Part shown: piece after piece, positions 44,204-52,862 of the stretch
Layout of the letters: every line of letters begins with the position of its first letter
Position numbering within the stretch: position 1 is the stretch's first letter
From: Candidatus Rokuibacteriota bacterium
Lineage (GTDB): Bacteria; Methylomirabilota; Methylomirabilia; Rokubacteriales; CSP1-6
Assembly (NCBI GenBank): GCA_030647435.1
Contig: JAUSJX010000081.1
Coordinates: forward strand, 2,913-66,912
DNA: 64,000 nucleotides
Reading direction: 5' to 3'
Notes under the pieces: generated by a model
Told to the model about the DNA's origin: nothing
Seen by the model: only the letters and a program-made list of their open reading frames with translations
Databases searched by the model: none
Translations under genes and position numbers: made by a program

Positions 44204-47032
44204 TCACGGCTCGAGGCGGTAGGTCGAGGCATCGGGCCTGAAGGCCCGCGGCAGCCAGAGGGGGCGCCTGAGCCCGCCGGGTCCCGGCGCCGGCCGCGCC
44301 ATGGCGAGCCACTCGCGGTAGACCTGATGCGCCCGGTTGGTGTCCACGACGACGTCGCCGTAGCGGTCCTCGGGCCCCGGGCGGACGACGCGCACCTTCT
44401 GGTGCCAGCAGTGCTGGCCGCTGACGGGGTCCGGATGCACCGGGAACGTCAGGTTCTGGTGGACGCCCGGGTCCTCCCACCAGACGCGCGACGAGTCGGG
44501 GTCAGCGCTCTCGAACGGCCTCACGCCGTGGATGTGGCGGAGCCGCCACTGCCCTTCGCCCAGCCGCTGCATGTCCACGAGGGCCGTGGACCAGCGCTCG
44601 CCGCCCGCGTCCTCCTGGAGCCGCCAGCGGCCGAGGTGATGCGAGCAGGCGACGACGCCGGGCCGGATCGACTCGGTCACCCAGACCTTGTCCACGAAGT
44701 GGCCGATCTCCGTCTCCACCTTCAGGAGATCTCCCGTGCGGACGCCGAGCCGCGATGCGTCCCCGGGACTGAGCCACAGCGGGTTGGTATGCGAGATCTC
44801 GTAGAGCCACTTGGCATTGCCCGAGCGCGAGTGGATCAGGGTCGGGAGCCTGAAGGTCGGCAGGAGCAGCATCTCACCGCGGGCCGGGTCGATCTGGGAC
44901 CAGTGCACGTGGCCTTTCGCGTAGGTCGGCACCGCGTGCTCCGGCCACTTCCAGTCCTTGAGCGTCTTCGAATAGAACTCGAGCTTTCGCGAGGGCGTGG
45001 GGAACCCCGCGCGGAGCTGCCCGTCGACTTCGACACCCACGGCGCTCCCGCCCTTGACCGCCACGCGCGTGACGGGGTCCACCGCGGCCCCTAGGCACTC
45101 CGCGGGGGAGAGCGGGGTCTCGTGGGTGCGGTAGACGTGATCTTCGATGAGGAACGCGCCGTACTTGCGCATGTACTCGAGCGGAGTCAGGCCCTGCCGC
45201 GCCGCGGCCTCAGGCAGCCCGGGGACGCTGTGCTCGAAGATCCACCGGTAGAGCTCCTCGATCCTGAGCTTCTCGCCCGCGCGGTACGGGGACTCGAAGA
45301 ACTTCCTGATGCCGAGCGTCCCGTCGGGATCGATGCGCCACGACAGCTCGATCAAGAACTCGTCCTCCTCCCACACCTGCCCCAGCCCCACGGCCTCGTG
45401 GGCCTGCCAGGTCAGGTCGAACTTCTTGCCCTGCCGCTCGAGGGCCACGCGCAGGACGGGCTGGCGGAAGCCGATCCAGCGCGCCGCGTGGGTCTCCTGG
45501 CTCATGAGGTCGTGGCGCTCCGAGGCGTGCCCCATCGGCAGCACGTAGTCGGCGAACCACGCGGTCTCGCTCCAGATGGGCGTAAGACAGGCGTGCCGCT
45601 CGACCTTGGCCTCGTCCGTCAGCATCTCGATCCACGACATGCCGTCGGGGTTGGTCCAGACGGGGTTGTAGACACGCGTGAAGTACATGGCGAGCTTGCC
45701 GCGGCCTTCGCGGAGGAAGTGCGGCAGGAGGAAGCTCATCTCGAAGAAGGCCAGCGGGTACTCGCGCGGCATCAGGAGCTCGCTCCACACTTTCGCGGGG
45801 GGCGGCATCATCGGCGGCGCCGGCACGGCCTTGTTCCAGGCGCTGGGCGCGGTGCCGCCGGGAACCGCGACGGCGCCCATCAGCACCACCACCAGCTCCA
45901 GGGCGCGCGCGACTTCCCAGCCATGGAGGTTGCCCGCCGCGGCGTTCCGCCACACGTGACTCGAGAGCGCGCCGCCCGAGCGGCCGATCTCCCGCGCCAC
46001 TTCCTCGATGCGCGCCGCGGGGACACCGCTCTCGGCCTCTGCGAACTCCGGCGTGTACGTCGCGTAGATCTCGCCCAGCGCCCGCTCGAATTCTTCGAAG
46101 GCGACCGGCACGCCCGGCCGCTCGTGGCGCAGGTACTCCTCCCAGTTGACCCAGCGGCGGACGAACTCGCGGTCCCAGGTGCCGTCACGCAGCAGGACGT
46201 GGACGAAGGCCAGGAGCATCGCGGCCTCGGTCCCCGGCCAGGGCGACAGCCAGTAGTCCGCCATCGATGCGGTGTTGGACAGACGCGTGTCCACCACGCA
46301 AACCTTGGCGCCCGCCATCTTGCCCTCGATGATCCGCTGGGCGTGCGGATTGAAGTAGTGCCCCGCCTCGAGGTGGGAGGACAGGAGGAGGATGAAGCGC
46401 GCGCGGCTGTGATCGGGCGAGGGCCGGTCGAACCCGTGCCAGAAAGCGTAGCCGGCACGCGCCCCCGCCGAGCAGACGTTGGTGTGGCTGTTGTGCCCGT
46501 CGATGCCCCAGGCGTGGAAGACGCGCTGGAGGTAGACGAGCTCGTGCCCCGGGCGGCCCAGGTGATACATGATCTCCTTCTGCCTGCCCTCGACGAGCGC
46601 CTTGCGGATCCGACCGGCAATGTCGTCCAGCACCTCGTCCCAGCTGACGCGCTCCCACTTGCCTTCCCCGCGCTTCCCGGCGCGCTTCAGCGGGTAGAGG
46701 ATGCGCTCCGGATCCTGCACCTGGTTGAGCGTGGCCGGGCCCTTGGCGCAGTTGCGGCCGCGGCTGCCCGGGTGCTCGGGGTTGCCCTCGAACTTCTGGA
46801 TCTTGAGCGTCTGCTTGTCCACGTAGGCGAGGAGCCCGCAGCCCGCCTCGCAGTTGAAGCAGATGGTGGGGATGAGCGAGTAGCGCCGCGGCACGCGCTT
46901 CGGCCACGCTTTCGAGTCGTACTCCTCCCAGTCGTCCCACCGATCGACGGGCGGAAAGGGGCTGAGCCCGGGCGCCGGCGGGTCGAGGTCGCGGGCGTGC
47001 GGGTGAAGCGGGTCGGCTGACTTGTCGGTCAT
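44204..47032 (-). CDS. Mo/W-bisPGD oxidoreductase catalytic subunit without signal peptide
   Basis: CFNCEAGC...NCAKG (FS0), HTNVCS ligand region, C-terminal Molydop-binding domain. Confidence 0.92.
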   Translation of the reverse strand: MTDKSADPLHPHARDLDPPAPGLSPFPPVDRWDDWEEYDSKAWPKRVPRRYSLIPTICFNCEAGCGLLAYVDKQTLKIQKFEGNPEHPGSRGRNCAKGPATLNQVQDPERILYPLKRAGKRGEGKWERVSWDEVLDDIAGRIRKALVEGRQKEIMYHLGRPGHELVYLQRVFHAWGIDGHNSHTNVCSAGARAGYAFWHGFDRPSPDHSRARFILLLSSHLEAGHYFNPHAQRIIEGKMAGAKVCVVDTRLSNTASMADYWLSPWPGTEAAMLLAFVHVLLRDGTWDREFVRRWVNWEEYLRHERPGVPVAFEEFERALGEIYATYTPEFAEAESGVPAARIEEVAREIGRSGGALSSHVWRNAAAGNLHGWEVARALELVVVLMGAVAVPGGTAPSAWNKAVPAPPMMPPPAKVWSELLMPREYPLAFFEMSFLLPHFLREGRGKLAMYFTRVYNPVWTNPDGMSWIEMLTDEAKVERHACLTPIWSETAWFADYVLPMGHASERHDLMSQETHAARWIGFRQPVLRVALERQGKKFDLTWQAHEAVGLGQVWEEDEFLIELSWRIDPDGTLGIRKFFESPYRAGEKLRIEELYRWIFEHSVPGLPEAAARQGLTPLEYMRKYGAFLIEDHVYRTHETPLSPAECLGAAVDPVTRVAVKGGSAVGVEVDGQLRAGFPTPSRKLEFYSKTLKDWKWPEHAVPTYAKGHVHWSQIDPARGEMLLLPTFRLPTLIHSRSGNAKWLYEISHTNPLWLSPGDASRLGVRTGDLLKVETEIGHFVDKVWVTESIRPGVVACSHHLGRWRLQEDAGGERWSTALVDMQRLGEGQWRLRHIHGVRPFESADPDSSRVWWEDPGVHQNLTFPVHPDPVSGQHCWHQKVRVVRPGPEDRYGDVVVDTNRAHQVYREWLAMARPAPGPGGLRRPLWLPRAFRPDASTYRLEP

Positions 47033-47036
47033 TGAG

Positions 47037-47090
47037 TCCTCAAGAGAGTGGGGATCCTCACGAGAGTGGGCGTCCTCACGAAAGGGGCAG
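47037..47090. repeat. 18-bp tandem repeat x3 spanning a stop codon and RBS
   Basis: TCCTCA(A/C)GA(G/A)AG.GG... units; each reads TGAGGA on the minus strand. Confidence 0.8.
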
Positions 47091-48623
47091 CGCTTGGCCG
47101 GCGCGCACCCAGATGTCTTCCCAGAGCCAGAGGCCGAAAAGACCGAGCACGGTCGCCGCGACGGCCGCCCATGGCTGCGGCGAGAGCACGAGCAGGACGA
47201 GCGGCACGGCGGTGCCGCCCACCACGATGCCCCACCAGAAGCGGACGCGGTACGGGCCCCGCGTGATCAGCCGCGCGGCGCGGGCGGCATCCTGGGTGGC
47301 ATGCGCCGTGAAGGCCTCGGCGAAGAGCACGACGCCGTTCAGGGCGAGCGAGAACCAGAGCGCCATGCGGAGCCCCTCGGCCACGCGCGGATCGTGGCTG
47401 ATGGCGAGCGCGGCGAGCAGGAGGCCCGCGCAGCCGGCCGTGACAGCGGCCACGAGGAGATGGGGCAGCACGAGCGGGCTCTGCCAGAAGTCGCGCCCCT
47501 CGGCCTGGCCGAAGAGGAAGGCGCTGTAGCCGGCCGACGCCGTGGCCACGAGCAGCACGGGCCAGCCCAGGGCGAAGAACGCCATGTAGCTCTGCGTCCA
47601 GCCCGCGACGAGCCAAGCGACGCCCAGGAGACCGTGCGCCGTCAAAATCCACCCGCCCCAGACCAGCCAGGAGCGCCAGTTCGGCTTCAAGAGGAGATAG
47701 AGGAATCGCTCCGGGCGCTTGAGGTCGAGGACGAGAAGCGCGGTCGTCAGCGCGAGGAAGACGAGGCTGATGAGCGGCGCCGCGAGACCCGCCACGGGTC
47801 CCGCAAAGGACAGCCCGGCGATCGCGGTGATCGCCGCGACGAGAAGCGCACCCGCCGCGACCGACTTGGTCCAGAGATACGTCGAGACCTTCCACCCCCA
47901 GGGCCGCTCCGGATGCGCCACGTCGTACACTGTCCGCGCCATGCCGAGCAGGTCCACGCCTTCACCGGCGACGGCTGCAGCCCGGCCGGCGACGTTGGGC
48001 CCGCCCGGCACCGGGATGCGGCTCGCCTCGGCGAACATATAGCGGTCACCGGCCTCCTGCATGGCCGGCCTCAGCGCGGCTTCGTCGGCGCCGATATAGA
48101 AGAGCTTGGGCTGCGTCCCCTGCTCCGGCTTGCGCACCGCCACCTGCTGCGTGGCGACCAGACGCGCGATCCCCGAGTTGGGGTCGTCCAGGTCGCCCGG
48201 GACGATGGCCTGCACCGGGCACACGATGACGCACGCCGGCTCGAGCCCGACCTCGACCCGGTGCGCGCAGTAGTGGCACTTGGCCGCCGTCTGCGTCTCC
48301 GGGTCGATGTAGAGCGCGTCGTACGGGCAGGCCTGCATGCACGACTTGCAGCCGATGCAGCGGTCACCGTCGAAGTCCACGATGCCGTCGGGGCGCCGGT
48401 AGAGCGCGACGGTCGGGCAGATCGTCACGCACGGGGCGTTGTCGCAGTGGTTGCACCGCATGACGGAGAAGTAGCGCCGCGTGTCGGGGAACGTGCCCTT
48501 CTCGATGTACTTGACCCAGGTGCGGTTGACGCCGAGGGGCACCTGGTTCTCTTCCTTGCACGCCACCGTGCAGGCGTGACACCCGATACATTTCCGCTGG
48601 TCGATCACGAAGCCGTAGCGCAA
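47076..48623 (-). CDS. Fused 4x[4Fe-4S] ferredoxin (NrfC/PsrB) and NrfD/PsrC membrane anchor
   Basis: CIGCHACTVAC, CNHCDNAPC...CP, CIGCKSCMQACP, KCHYC...C...CP; PWG, DLKRPERF, SW..WG. Confidence 0.92.
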   Translation of the reverse strand: MRYGFVIDQRKCIGCHACTVACKEENQVPLGVNRTWVKYIEKGTFPDTRRYFSVMRCNHCDNAPCVTICPTVALYRRPDGIVDFDGDRCIGCKSCMQACPYDALYIDPETQTAAKCHYCAHRVEVGLEPACVIVCPVQAIVPGDLDDPNSGIARLVATQQVAVRKPEQGTQPKLFYIGADEAALRPAMQEAGDRYMFAEASRIPVPGGPNVAGRAAAVAGEGVDLLGMARTVYDVAHPERPWGWKVSTYLWTKSVAAGALLVAAITAIAGLSFAGPVAGLAAPLISLVFLALTTALLVLDLKRPERFLYLLLKPNWRSWLVWGGWILTAHGLLGVAWLVAGWTQSYMAFFALGWPVLLVATASAGYSAFLFGQAEGRDFWQSPLVLPHLLVAAVTAGCAGLLLAALAISHDPRVAEGLRMALWFSLALNGVVLFAEAFTAHATQDAARAARLITRGPYRVRFWWGIVVGGTAVPLVLLVLSPQPWAAVAATVLGLFGLWLWEDIWVRAGQALPLS

Positions 48624-48641
48624 GCGAGTCTCCCGTGAACC

Positions 48642-49424
48642 CTAGTGCAGAACGTCGATCCAGACGCGCAGGGCCGCCAGCGCGATGACGGCGCCGAGTA
48701 TTACACGCAGGACGCCCACGGGAGCGCGCCTGCTGAGATGCGCGCCGAGGCTCGCGCCCGGCAATGAGCCCGCCACGACGGCGACGGCCGCGATGAAAGG
48801 GACCTGGCCCGTCGCGAGCTTGCCCACGAACCCCAAGCACGCGCCGGCGCCGACCATCACGAGCGAGGTGCCGATGCTGAGCCGCACCGGGAGCCGCATG
48901 ACGCCCACGAGCGCGGGCATCAGGAGAAACGCCCCGCCGGCGCCGACCAAGCCCGAGAAGACGCCGACCACTCCCGGGATCGCGACGGCCTCGGCCCGGT
49001 TGAACAGCATGGTCTCCGCGCGCGCGCCCGGCGCGGCGACGATAGGCGGGATGAACATGAGCAGCAGCGCCGCTGTGGCCATCAGGGCGAAGACGAGGAG
49101 CAGCACGCGCCCCCCGACGTAGTGTGCTCCAACCGCTCCCGCCAGCGAGCCCGCGGCCATGGCCGACCCGCCCCAGAGGGCCAGGCGGCGGTGCACCATG
49201 GCGCCGCGGCCGTGGGTCCATGCGCCCATCACGGAGGCCGCCAGCACCTGCGCCATGGTCACGCCCGCCACCAGCTTGATGTCGAGGCTGCCCACGGCGA
49301 GGAGCGGCGGGACATAGAAGAGGAGCGGGATCATCACGATGGCCCCGCCCACGCCGACCAGTCCCGACGCGAACGCGCCCACGAAGCCCAGCGCGGCCAG
49401 CGTCAGGATGAAGACCGCGCTCAT
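48642..49424 (-). CDS. TauE/SafE-family sulfite/sulfur-compound exporter
   Basis: SGLVGVGGAIVMIP and SGLVGAGGAFLLMP repeats, IGTSL. Confidence 0.9.
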   Translation of the reverse strand: MSAVFILTLAALGFVGAFASGLVGVGGAIVMIPLLFYVPPLLAVGSLDIKLVAGVTMAQVLAASVMGAWTHGRGAMVHRRLALWGGSAMAAGSLAGAVGAHYVGGRVLLLVFALMATAALLLMFIPPIVAAPGARAETMLFNRAEAVAIPGVVGVFSGLVGAGGAFLLMPALVGVMRLPVRLSIGTSLVMVGAGACLGFVGKLATGQVPFIAAVAVVAGSLPGASLGAHLSRRAPVGVLRVILGAVIALAALRVWIDVLH

Positions 49425-49626
49425 GCGGAAGCGCCAGGGTCCGGTTGCGACATGGGCAGCATGATACCTCGACCGCCCCCCGCGCCGATGGCCCGCGTCG
49501 ATGACGGTCCCGCAGGCCCCGAGTGCGAAGCCTACAGGCAGCAGCCAGAGGGGTTCGGGCATGAGTCGCCGAAAGCTCGGCGGCCCATTCTGCCACGGCG
49601 TCCCCGGGCGGGCGCCGGATTCCGGG

Positions 49627-50235
49627 CTAGCGGAGGCTCGAGTAGTACGCGGCCAGATCGGCGAACTGGCCGTCCGGGATGATCTTCATCAGCGCCTTCT
49701 TGGCCGCGAGCAGCGGTTCGCCCGGGTCCCGCGTGTCCACCTTGAAGAGCACCATCTGCTGCGCGAGGTAGCCGGGCGGCTGTCCGGCGAGTCCCGGGAT
49801 CAGCCGCGCGGGATCACCCTTGCCGTCCGGCCCGTGGCAGATCACGCACTGGGCCGCAACCGTCTTGCCTCTCGCGGCGGCTTCGGCCGAAGAGCGAATG
49901 GGCGTGGGCACGCGCTTCTGCGCGGCGAAGTACGCCGCGATCTGGTTCAGCCCGAGGAACTGGATCTCCTTGGCGTAGGGCTCCATCTCGGGCGACGGGC
50001 GCTTGCCGGCGGCGTAGTTCTCGATCTGCCGCTTGAAGTAGGCCGGGTCGAGCCCGGAGATGATCGGCATCATGTTGGAGCCGCTGTTGCCGTTGGCACC
50101 GTGGCAGGCCGCGCACGTGATGACCTTCGCGAAGCCCGGGTCGTCGAGCGGGCCGGCGGCGCAGGCCGCGCCGGGCCCGGCCGCGAGTACGAAAACTGCC
50201 GCCGCGAGGGCGGCCGCGAAGCGTGAGGTCGTCAT
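49627..50235 (-). CDS. Diheme cytochrome c (c4/FccA-like)
   Basis: Signal peptide; CAACH and CVICH. Confidence 0.92.
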   Translation of the reverse strand: MTTSRFAAALAAAVFVLAAGPGAACAAGPLDDPGFAKVITCAACHGANGNSGSNMMPIISGLDPAYFKRQIENYAAGKRPSPEMEPYAKEIQFLGLNQIAAYFAAQKRVPTPIRSSAEAAARGKTVAAQCVICHGPDGKGDPARLIPGLAGQPPGYLAQQMVLFKVDTRDPGEPLLAAKKALMKIIPDGQFADLAAYYSSLR

Positions 50236-50250
50236 GATCGCCGTCCCCCT

Positions 50251-51528
50251 CTACGACAGCATGTCGGCCCAGATGCTCTGCCGCCAGCCCTCTGCACGCT
50301 GGGCGACGGAGACGCTCTGGGCGGGCGTGAGCTTCTGCTCGATCTGGACCACCTTGCCGTTCTCGATCTTGTAGGAATTCACCACCGCGATGGCTTCGCG
50401 GTCGCTGACCCAGCTGTAGCAGGTGTTGCCTGGAGGCATGAGCGGCACGGCTTGCCCGTTGAGCAGGCTCACGATGCTGAGCGCCGCCGCCTTGCCCATG
50501 TTGTTGGCGACGTTTCCGGACTTCGGCACGGGCAGTCCGATGGTCGCGTCGCCGACCACGTGGATGTTCTTCTGCTTCACCGACTCGTACGTGACGTGGT
50601 CCACCTCGCACCAGCGCTTGTCGGCGCCGACGAGGTCCGCCTGGACGGCAATCGTGCCCGCGCGCTGGGGCGGGATCAGGTTGAGCACGTCGTACTTGAC
50701 GCGGTCGAACTCGGTGCGGACTTCGCGCGTCGAGGTATCGACGCCGATCACCTTCTGCGAGGCGCGGTAGTCGATGTTCGGGTACGCCTGCCACGCCGCG
50801 CGGAAGAGCGCGGTCTTCGACACGATGTTCTGGTTGGCGTCGAGCACGATCACCTTGCTCTTCGGCTTGTGCTGCTTGAGGTACCACGCGACCTGGCAGA
50901 TGCGCTCGTAGGGGCCCGGCGGGCAGCGGAAGGCGACGGGAGGCACCGTCAGGACGAAGACGCCGCCGTCCGGCATGGACTGGATCTGCGCCGCCAGCTG
51001 CACCGTCTGCGGCCCCGCCTTCCACGCGTGGAGCACCGTGTCCTTGGCGGCCGCGAGCCCCTCGATCTGCTCCCACTGGAAGTCGATGCCGGGCGAGACG
51101 ACGAGACGGTCGTAGGCGAGGTAGCCTTGGCCGATGCGGACCCTCTTGGTGTCGGGCTCGATGGCGGTCGCTGACTCGTGGATGATCTTGACGCCGCGGG
51201 CCCGGAGCCCCGCGTAGGAAAGCGTCAGGCTCTCGATGGTCCGCTGCCCGCTCAACACGAGATTGCTGAACGGGCAGGAGACGAACTCGCGGTTGGGCTC
51301 GAGCAGCACCACTTCGATCGACGGGTCGGCGATCCGGATGTATCTGGCCGCGGTGGACCCGCCCCAGCCGCCGCCGATCACCACCACCCTGCGACCGCTC
51401 TTTGGCGCGATGTCGCCCGTCATGGTACTGGCGCAGCCCGAGAGTCCAAGACCAGCGCCCAAGCCCAACCTGACACCGACACCCACACCCGAGGAGCGGA
51501 GGAAATCTCTGCGCGTCAGCCCGCTCAT
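50251..51528 (-). CDS. fccB: Flavocytochrome c sulfide dehydrogenase flavoprotein (FccB/SoxF)
   Basis: TRRDFL Tat motif plus LSGC lipobox, GGGWGG, SCPFSN, HAWKAG, RCPPGPYER, PKSG, NTCYS. Confidence 0.92.
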   Translation of the reverse strand: MSGLTRRDFLRSSGVGVGVRLGLGAGLGLSGCASTMTGDIAPKSGRRVVVIGGGWGGSTAARYIRIADPSIEVVLLEPNREFVSCPFSNLVLSGQRTIESLTLSYAGLRARGVKIIHESATAIEPDTKRVRIGQGYLAYDRLVVSPGIDFQWEQIEGLAAAKDTVLHAWKAGPQTVQLAAQIQSMPDGGVFVLTVPPVAFRCPPGPYERICQVAWYLKQHKPKSKVIVLDANQNIVSKTALFRAAWQAYPNIDYRASQKVIGVDTSTREVRTEFDRVKYDVLNLIPPQRAGTIAVQADLVGADKRWCEVDHVTYESVKQKNIHVVGDATIGLPVPKSGNVANNMGKAAALSIVSLLNGQAVPLMPPGNTCYSWVSDREAIAVVNSYKIENGKVVQIEQKLTPAQSVSVAQRAEGWRQSIWADMLS

Positions 51529-51579
51529 AGACCCCGCCTCCTTCATTGATTGGCTCGTTTATCGACCGGAATACGGAGA

Positions 51580-51608
51580 AATGTACTAAGCCATTTGCAT
51601 CATGTCAA
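51580..51608 (-). promoter_or_regulatory. Sigma70-type promoter of fccB with overlapping palindrome
   Basis: TTGACA-17 bp-TACATT on the minus strand; AAATG-N8-CATTT dyad over the -10. Confidence 0.7.
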
Positions 51609-51620
51609 CAGCGTTTTTGG

Positions 51621-52862
51621 CTAGAGGCCGAGGGCCTTCCTGACACGGGCGAGGACCTGCGCCTCGTCGCCTTCAAGGTGCACCGGAGCCGGCAGCGCCG
51701 GCGGCGAGTTCTTGATCCCCGCGCCCGTGAGCACGATGACGATGCGCGAGCCCGCATCCACCTCGCCGGTCTCCTTCATCTGGCAGAGCGCGGCGAGCGC
51801 GGCGGCGGCTTCGGGCGCCGTCCAGATGCCCTCGACGCGCGCCAGGAGCTTCTGCGCCTCCACGATCTCCTGCTCGCTCACGGCGCGCGCGTGGCCGCCC
51901 GTATCGCGCATGATCTTGAGCATCTGGCGCCCCGCGAAGGGGCCCGGCACGCGAAGGCCGGGCGCGTCGGTGACGGGGTTCTCCCAGAGCGTCGTCGTCT
52001 CGGCCTTGTCGTCCCACGCCTTCACGAGCGGGGCGCACCCTTCGGCCTGGACCGCGACGAAACGGGGCTGAGCGGCCTTGATCCAGCCCATGGCCGCCAG
52101 CTCCTCGTAGGCCTTCCAGATCCCGACCAGACCCGTCCCGCCGCCCGTCGGGTACATGAGGAGATCCGGCATCTGCCAGCCGAGCTGCTCGGCCAACTCG
52201 AGCCCCATCGTCTTCTTGCCCTCGAGGCGATAGGGCTCCTTCAGCGTGGCCAGATCGAACCAGCCGATCTTGGACGCGATGCCGGCGATCAACTTGCCCG
52301 CCGTCGCGATCGAGCCGTCGACCGTGAAGACGTAGGCGCCCGCGATGATCGCCTCCGCGATGGCGGCCTCGGCCGTGCCGCGCGGGACGACCACGACCAC
52401 CGGGATCCCACCGCGCGCCCCGTAGACCGCCGCGGCGCCGCCCGCGTTGCCCGCCGACGGGATCATCAGCCCCTTGACGCCGAGCGTGCGCGCCTTGGTG
52501 AGCGCCATGCCGAGGCCGCGCGCCTTGAACGAGCCCGTCGGGTTCTGGCCTTCGTCTTTCGCCCAAACGTGGCGCAGGCCCAGGTGCGCGCTCAGGCGCG
52601 GGAGCGGGATCAACGGCGTGCCGCCCTCGCCGAGAGTGATCGGTTCCTCGCCGTCGTCGAGCGGCGTCAACTCGCGGAAGCGGTACATCCCGGGCGCGCG
52701 CCGCAGGAGGTCGTCCTTCGTGACAGCGGCGGCGACCTTGGGCAGGTCGTAGCGCACGGCCAGCATCTGGCCGCAGCCTTGGCAGACGGTGAGGAGGCGG
52801 CCGGCCTCGTGGCGCCGGCCGCAGACAGTGCACTCGATGTGGGTGACGAAGGACGGGCTAAT
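51621..52862 (-). CDS. thrC: Threonine synthase-family PLP enzyme; probable ATT start
   Basis: LGEGGTP, NPTGSFKARG, SAGNA, EPYRLEGKKT; N-terminal CTVC...CQGC ribbon lies upstream of the ORF-track ATG. Confidence 0.85.
   Translation of the reverse strand: MSPSFVTHIECTVCGRRHEAGRLLTVCQGCGQMLAVRYDLPKVAAAVTKDDLLRRAPGMYRFRELTPLDDGEEPITLGEGGTPLIPLPRLSAHLGLRHVWAKDEGQNPTGSFKARGLGMALTKARTLGVKGLMIPSAGNAGGAAAVYGARGGIPVVVVVPRGTAEAAIAEAIIAGAYVFTVDGSIATAGKLIAGIASKIGWFDLATLKEPYRLEGKKTMGLELAEQLGWQMPDLLMYPTGGGTGLVGIWKAYEELAAMGWIKAAQPRFVAVQAEGCAPLVKAWDDKAETTTLWENPVTDAPGLRVPGPFAGRQMLKIMRDTGGHARAVSEQEIVEAQKLLARVEGIWTAPEAAAALAALCQMKETGEVDAGSRIVIVLTGAGIKNSPPALPAPVHLEGDEAQVLARVRKALGL

Noticed and set aside
44204..47032. 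Formate dehydrogenase or selenocysteine-containing Mo enzyme
   Set aside because: No in-frame TGA, and the ligand region HTNVCS lacks the Fdh C/U-H motif.
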